NCBI GenBank assembly: GCA_040222015.1
Contig: JAVJWO010000098.1
Coordinates: forward strand, 1-10,638
Origin: Coleofasciculus chthonoplastes F2-STO-03
GTDB lineage: Bacteria > Cyanobacteriota > Cyanobacteriia > Cyanobacteriales > Coleofasciculaceae
DNA: 10,638 nt
Reading direction: 5' to 3'
Both the position numbers and the translations under genes were made by a program. The notes below the pieces were generated by a model. It was not told the DNA's origin and did no database searches. It worked only from the letters and a program-made list of their open reading frames with translations. The first letter of the stretch is position 1. Each line of letters opens with the position of its first letter. This document shows, in pieces, positions 7,225-10,638 of the stretch.

Positions 7225-8388
7225 TTATAACAATCCCACAAAATGAAGTGGTCCCTGACCACTAATTAACTCCAAAACTAAAGCTAGAAAGCCAATCATC
7301 GCCAAACGACCATTCCAGACTTCAGCCGCCGTTGTCATACCCCATTCCCAACGTTCTTGGGGATACATCTTAACTTTTTTGCTAGGATGCACAACTTCGG
7401 CAAATGTTCGTGGCGGGGTGTTTAAAGCATCTACAACTAAGGTGGCGAGGGATTCAATAAAAACGGGATGGGTATTGAGTGCTGGAACTCGCTGGAAGTT
7501 GTGAATTCCAGCTTCTTCTGCGATTTCCCGATATTCAATATCAACTTCTTGTAACGTTTCAATATGTTCAGAGACAAAGCTAATCGGGACAACCAGCAAG
7601 TCTTTGACTCCTTGAGTCCCTAACTCTTGCAGTGCATTTTCAGTGTAGGGTTGCAGCCACTCCACAGGACCCACCCGGCTTTGATACGCCAGGGTATGAG
7701 GGTTGGGGCGATTGAGCGTCTGCATAATTAGATCTGTGCAATGCTCAATCTCTTGTTGGTAGGGGTCTCCAGCTTCTGTGACATAGCTACTGGGCACACC
7801 ATGGGCGCTGAAGAAAATATGAACAGCGTCAGGATGATCAAACCGTTGCAGTTCCTGATCAATTAAGTCTGCCATGGCTTGCAGGTAGCCCGGTGCTTGA
7901 TACCAGGAGGGAATAACCGTGTATTCCAGTTGGTTGAGTTTAGCATCCTCCTGCCAAAGTTGTTCCAGCAGCCGGAAACTGGAACCACTGGTACTGATGG
8001 AAAATTGGGGGTATAGGGGTAAAATGACTAGGTGTTCAATGCGATCGCGTTTGACGTCGGCGATCGCTTCCTCGGTGAAGGGATGCCAGTAACGCATACC
8101 CACATAGATATTCGCCTCTTGCCCATGGTGCTTTAACGTCTCCTGTAAAGCTTGGGCTTGGGCTTCAGTAATGTGCCGCAGCGGTGAACCTCCACCAATT
8201 TGACGGTAATTCTCTTGCGACTTCTTTGCCCGCATTGTCGAGATTAACCAAGCCAGGGGCTTTTGCATCCACGAAAATGGCAGGCGAATAATTTCGGGAT
8301 CGGCAAATAGATTAAAAAGAAAGGGGCGGACATCCTCTAAATTATCCGGTCCACCTAAATTAAGTAATAATACCCCAACACGACCCAT
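7225..8388 (-). CDS. hemH: Ferrochelatase with C-terminal CAB/HLIP-like domain, 387 aa
   Basis: [67 protein letters not shown]-terminal [16 protein letters not shown] motif. Confidence 0.98.
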   Translation of the reverse strand: MGRVGVLLLNLGGPDNLEDVRPFLFNLFADPEIIRLPFSWMQKPLAWLISTMRAKKSQENYRQIGGGSPLRHITEAQAQALQETLKHHGQEANIYVGMRYWHPFTEEAIADVKRDRIEHLVILPLYPQFSISTSGSSFRLLEQLWQEDAKLNQLEYTVIPSWYQAPGYLQAMADLIDQELQRFDHPDAVHIFFSAHGVPSSYVTEAGDPYQQEIEHCTDLIMQTLNRPNPHTLAYQSRVGPVEWLQPYTENALQELGTQGVKDLLVVPISFVSEHIETLQEVDIEYREIAEEAGIHNFQRVPALNTHPVFIESLATLVVDALNTPPRTFAEVVHPSKKVKMYPQERWEWGMTTAAEVWNGRLAMIGFLALVLELISGQGPLHFVGLL

Positions 8389-8499
8389 AGCAACCACGGC
8401 ATTCCAAATATTTCATATTTGTTACTGATTTTAACAATATATGCTGGTAATGGTTTGAGTTTTCCGGAAAAAATCTAGATTCTTGATCCTAGCAGAACT

Positions 8500-9123
8500 A
8501 TGGCAACCGTATTAAGACCGTTGAGTTATAAGTATCAGTGGCTATATGACACGATTTCTCGATTAGCCGCCACGAGTGTGGGTGGAGAACGGCGATTCCA
8601 CCATCTGCCTTTGCACGGTTTAACAATTGACTCAGAAACGCAAGTGTTAGACCTTTGCTGTGGCGGGGGTCAGGCTACCCGCTTTCTGGTGGAGTATTCC
8701 CAGAATGTCACAGGATTGGATGTTTCACCTTTATCGCTGCAACGCGCCGAAAAGAATGTGCCGCAAGCTAAGTATGTAGAAGCCTTTGCCGAGGATATGC
8801 CGTTTGGCGAGAATCAGTTTGATCTGGTGCATACCAGCGTAGCACTCCATGAGATGCCGCCGTCAGTGTTGCAGCAAATTCTTAGGGAAGTGTATCGGGT
8901 GCTGAAACCGGGGGGTGTGTTCGCGCTGGTGGATTTTCACCAGCCGACTAATGGTTTATTTATGCCGGGAGTCGCCCTGTTTCTCTGGTTATTTGAAACG
9001 GAAACGGCGTGGCAATTATTGGAGACGGATTTGGTGAGATTGCTGAAGCAGACAGGATTTGCCTCCTGTGAACAGCGTCTGCATGCGGGGGGGAGTTTAC
9101 AGGTGATTCAGGCGAAGAAGTGA
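8500..9123 (+). CDS. Class I SAM-dependent methyltransferase (UbiE/Methyltransf_11-like)
   Basis: VLDLCCGGG motif I, GLDVS, AEDMPF...FDLV, ALHE, EVYRVLKPGG; 207 aa. Confidence 0.93.
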   Translation: MATVLRPLSYKYQWLYDTISRLAATSVGGERRFHHLPLHGLTIDSETQVLDLCCGGGQATRFLVEYSQNVTGLDVSPLSLQRAEKNVPQAKYVEAFAEDMPFGENQFDLVHTSVALHEMPPSVLQQILREVYRVLKPGGVFALVDFHQPTNGLFMPGVALFLWLFETETAWQLLETDLVRLLKQTGFASCEQRLHAGGSLQVIQAKK

Positions 9124-9140
9124 GTAGGAAAAGCAGGGTT

Positions 9141-9246
9141 TGTAGGGGCGGGTTTAGGGACTTTCGTTGGCTATGGATAATAACGTTTGTGCAAAACCCG
9201 CCCTGACCTGATCCCAATATTAAGATATAGCTAAACCCGCCCCGAC
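9141..9246 (+). repeat. GTAG-footed REP/MITE-like element (family A arms, different interior, duplicated right arm)
   Basis: TGTAGGGGCGGGTTT at 9141-9155; right arms AAACCCGCCCTGAC (9194-9207) and CTAAACCCGCCCCGAC (9231-9246). It lies between convergent genes. Confidence 0.85.
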
Positions 9247-9249
9247 CGA

Positions 9250-9618
9250 TTACGATTTTTCCTGGAGTTCAGCAACTTGGGCTTCTAAGTCTTGAATCCG
9301 TTCTTTGAGTTCGATAACGAGGGTAGCGAGTCGGTCAAACCTCTGATCAGAGGATAAGACTCGCGGTGGGGTTCTGGGGGGGACTGATGGTGCTGGCGTT
9401 GGCGGGTTGAGAGGGCGATTTGGGCTAGGAACTTGTCGAGTTAAGGTAGCAAGCTGAGACTCGATGCGATTGATTTGCGATCGCAACTGGAAATTCTCGG
9501 TTTCTAGGCGCGAGATCCGTGAGGCTAAAGCGGCGGTGGATTGGGCGGAGGTTAAAGGGGGAAAGATAAGAATTCCGATCAGAAATGCTAGGCAGATGAT
9601 GCCGATTTTTTTGAGCAT
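9250..9618 (-). CDS. Hypothetical exported coiled-coil protein, 122 aa
   Basis: MLKKIGIICLAFLIGILIFPPLTSAQ is a signal-peptide-like start; two heptad coiled-coil segments are separated by a Pro-rich linker. ATG at 9618 chosen. Confidence 0.8.
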   Translation of the reverse strand: MLKKIGIICLAFLIGILIFPPLTSAQSTAALASRISRLETENFQLRSQINRIESQLATLTRQVPSPNRPLNPPTPAPSVPPRTPPRVLSSDQRFDRLATLVIELKERIQDLEAQVAELQEKS

Positions 9619-9780
9619 GATAATTGAGGGGTGGTGGTAGAGCGATCGCTTTCTAAGCGTATCCCACTTTTTATGTTGCCAAAGTTGATAACCAAGTGTA
9701 GGTTTCTCTGGGAGTGGCTCCAAGATTTATCTTGTCGGCTGAAGCCGGAAATGATAGATTAAGAAACAATTACACAAGCT

Positions 9781-9830
9781 GGGCGAATGGAATTCGCAGC
9801 TACACAAACAAAGTCCGCCTTCGCGGACTT
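9781..9830 (-). repeat. Two-hairpin REP-like element (family B, left copy)
   Basis: Minus strand: AAGTCCGC-GAAG-GCGGACTT, TGTTTGT, GTAG-CT-GCGAAT-TCC-ATTCGC-CC. Inverted copy of 10438-10486. Confidence 0.9.
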
Positions 9831-9910
9831 ACAACTTGCACTTTATCGGAAACGAATAGAAGCAGTTTTTTACATATCAACGCGATTTATTACCACTAGA
9901 ACATCGGTCA

Positions 9911-9977
9911 AAAAACCGGGTTTCTTTGGGTTAAAACTTGATATTTCGTTGTCATTCTCACGAAAAACCCGGTTTCT
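9911..9977. repeat. AAACCGGGTTT-armed small inverted-repeat element
   Basis: Arms AAAAACCGGGTTTCT (9911-9925) and AAAAACCCGGTTTCT (9963-9977). Each is nearly self-palindromic and they are 13/15 complementary to each other. Confidence 0.75.
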
Positions 9978-10016
9978 CATAATACTTTACCGACACTCTA
10001 GGAATGATTTAATTAA

Positions 10017-10430
10017 TCAGTTAGCAATTAATTCCCAAGTAGAAATTATTGATTTCTGTCGATGGTGAATCGGCTGATTTCTGATGTAGTTAGCTACCTG
10101 GTCAAGATGATCATGGCTAACACTGAATGCGCCGTAGCTGCCTTGCCATTTGAAGAATTCCCCCGGATTAATTTCATGCGTAACTAAATGAGAAGAACTT
10201 CCTTTAATCTGTTTGATTAAGTTGGAAACCGCTAGAGTAGGGGGGAAACTCATTAATAGATGTACATGATCTTCAATACCGCCCAAGGCAATAACTGTAC
10301 ATTTTAGCTGTTGGCATTCTCCAATAATTGCTGCATAAACTGCCTCTTGAATATCACTCGTAATCAAAGGCAATCTATCCCAGGTTGCCCAAACACAATG
10401 GAGATACAACTGTGTAAAATTAGACCTCAT
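10017..10430 (-). CDS. tnpA: Y1 HUH transposase (IS200-like TnpA / REP-associated tyrosine transposase), 137 aa
   Basis: LYLHCVWATWDR, HUH motif EDHVHLL, KQIKGSSS, FKWQGSYGAFSVS and the catalytic-Tyr helix NYIRNQ..HH. ATG at 10430; the ORF-track extension runs through the repeats. Confidence 0.93.
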   Translation of the reverse strand: MRSNFTQLYLHCVWATWDRLPLITSDIQEAVYAAIIGECQQLKCTVIALGGIEDHVHLLMSFPPTLAVSNLIKQIKGSSSHLVTHEINPGEFFKWQGSYGAFSVSHDHLDQVANYIRNQPIHHRQKSIISTWELIAN

Positions 10431-10437
10431 ATTTCTT

Positions 10438-10486
10438 GAACCCGCGAAGGCGGGTTTGGTTTGTGTAGCCGCGATTTCCATCGCCC
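10438..10486 (+). repeat. Two-hairpin REP-like element (family B, right copy)
   Basis: GAACCCGC-GAAG-GCGGGTTT, GGTTTGT, GTAG(10465-10468)-CC-GCGAT-TTCC-ATCGC-CC, starting 8 nt upstream of the tnpA ATG. Confidence 0.9.
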
Positions 10487-10638
10487 CTGAACTAAACAAT
10501 CGCTGAACCGAACCATCGCCCCTGAACAATCGCTGAACAATTTCAACTGAACCGAACCATCGCCCCTGAACAATCGCTGAACAATTTCAACTGAACCGAA
10601 CCATCGCCCCTGAACAATCGCTGAACAATTTCAACTGA
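10478..10638. repeat. Perfect 44-bp tandem repeat (3 full units plus partials), truncated by the window end
   Basis: CTGAACCGAACCATCGCCCCTGAACAATCGCTGAACAATTTCAA at 10503, 10547 and 10591, the start of a 4th unit at 10635, and a degenerate lead-in at 10478-10502. Confidence 0.95.

Larger units (their letters stand above)
1973..9649. repeat. HIP1 octamers GCGATCGC (dispersed)
   Basis: Copies at 1973, 3092, 3419, 4028, 6342, 8041, 8060, 9477 and 9642; a hallmark of cyanobacterial genomes. Confidence 0.9.
9781..10486 (-). mobile_element. REPtron-like unit: Y1 transposase bracketed by inverted family-B repeats
   Basis: tnpA lies between two ~49-bp inverted copies with outward-facing GTAG hairpins; there is no tnpB or iscB between them. 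Confidence 0.7.

Noticed and set aside
662..7262. Shadow ORFs 662..1009, 812..1012, 1417..1704, 1556..1765, 1993..2289, 3768..4076, 5546..6178 and 6942..7262
   Set aside because: Antisense or alternate-frame to well-supported genes, with no protein motifs.
7225..7350. Ferrochelatase-CAB domain fusion as a novelty
   Set aside because: A well-known feature of cyanobacterial and plastid type-II ferrochelatases.
8960..9217. 85-aa minus-strand ORF
   Set aside because: Starts inside a repeat and is antisense to the methyltransferase.
9714..10068. ORFs 9714..9899 and 9787..10068, and the N-terminal extension of tnpA to 10529
   Set aside because: They translate repeat DNA; the MEFAATQTK/MEIAATQTK similarity only reflects the two inverted REP copies.
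10478..10638. CRISPR array
   Set aside because: The units are identical head-to-tail with no unique spacers, and no cas genes are present.

Overview
Cyanobacterial chromosomal window: at least 9 HIP1 octamers (GCGATCGC), STRR heptamers and cyanobacterial gene types; a filamentous Oscillatoriales/Coleofasciculus-like host is my inference. Core genes are a CPA2/KefB-like antiporter, hfq (with an unusual 45-aa acidic tail) head-to-head with dapF, dusB, rpsU (missed by the ORF track), CAB-domain ferrochelatase hemH, a SAM methyltransferase and a secreted coiled-coil protein. The accessory content is more interesting. (i) The left edge carries the 5' part of a HEARO/omega-like RNA (IscB/IsrB type) on the minus strand. 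(ii) The dapF-dusB spacer is a mosaic of small GTAG-footed REP-like hairpins plus a deleted cyclase pseudogene. (iii) A ~260-nt highly structured unidentified region lies upstream of rpsU. (iv) At the right end, a stand-alone Y1 HUH (IS200/RAYT-like) transposase is bracketed by inverted, covarying two-hairpin REP-like elements, and a perfect 44-bp tandem array starts at the end of one of them and runs off the window. All calls come from reading the sequence; no searches or folding programs were run.
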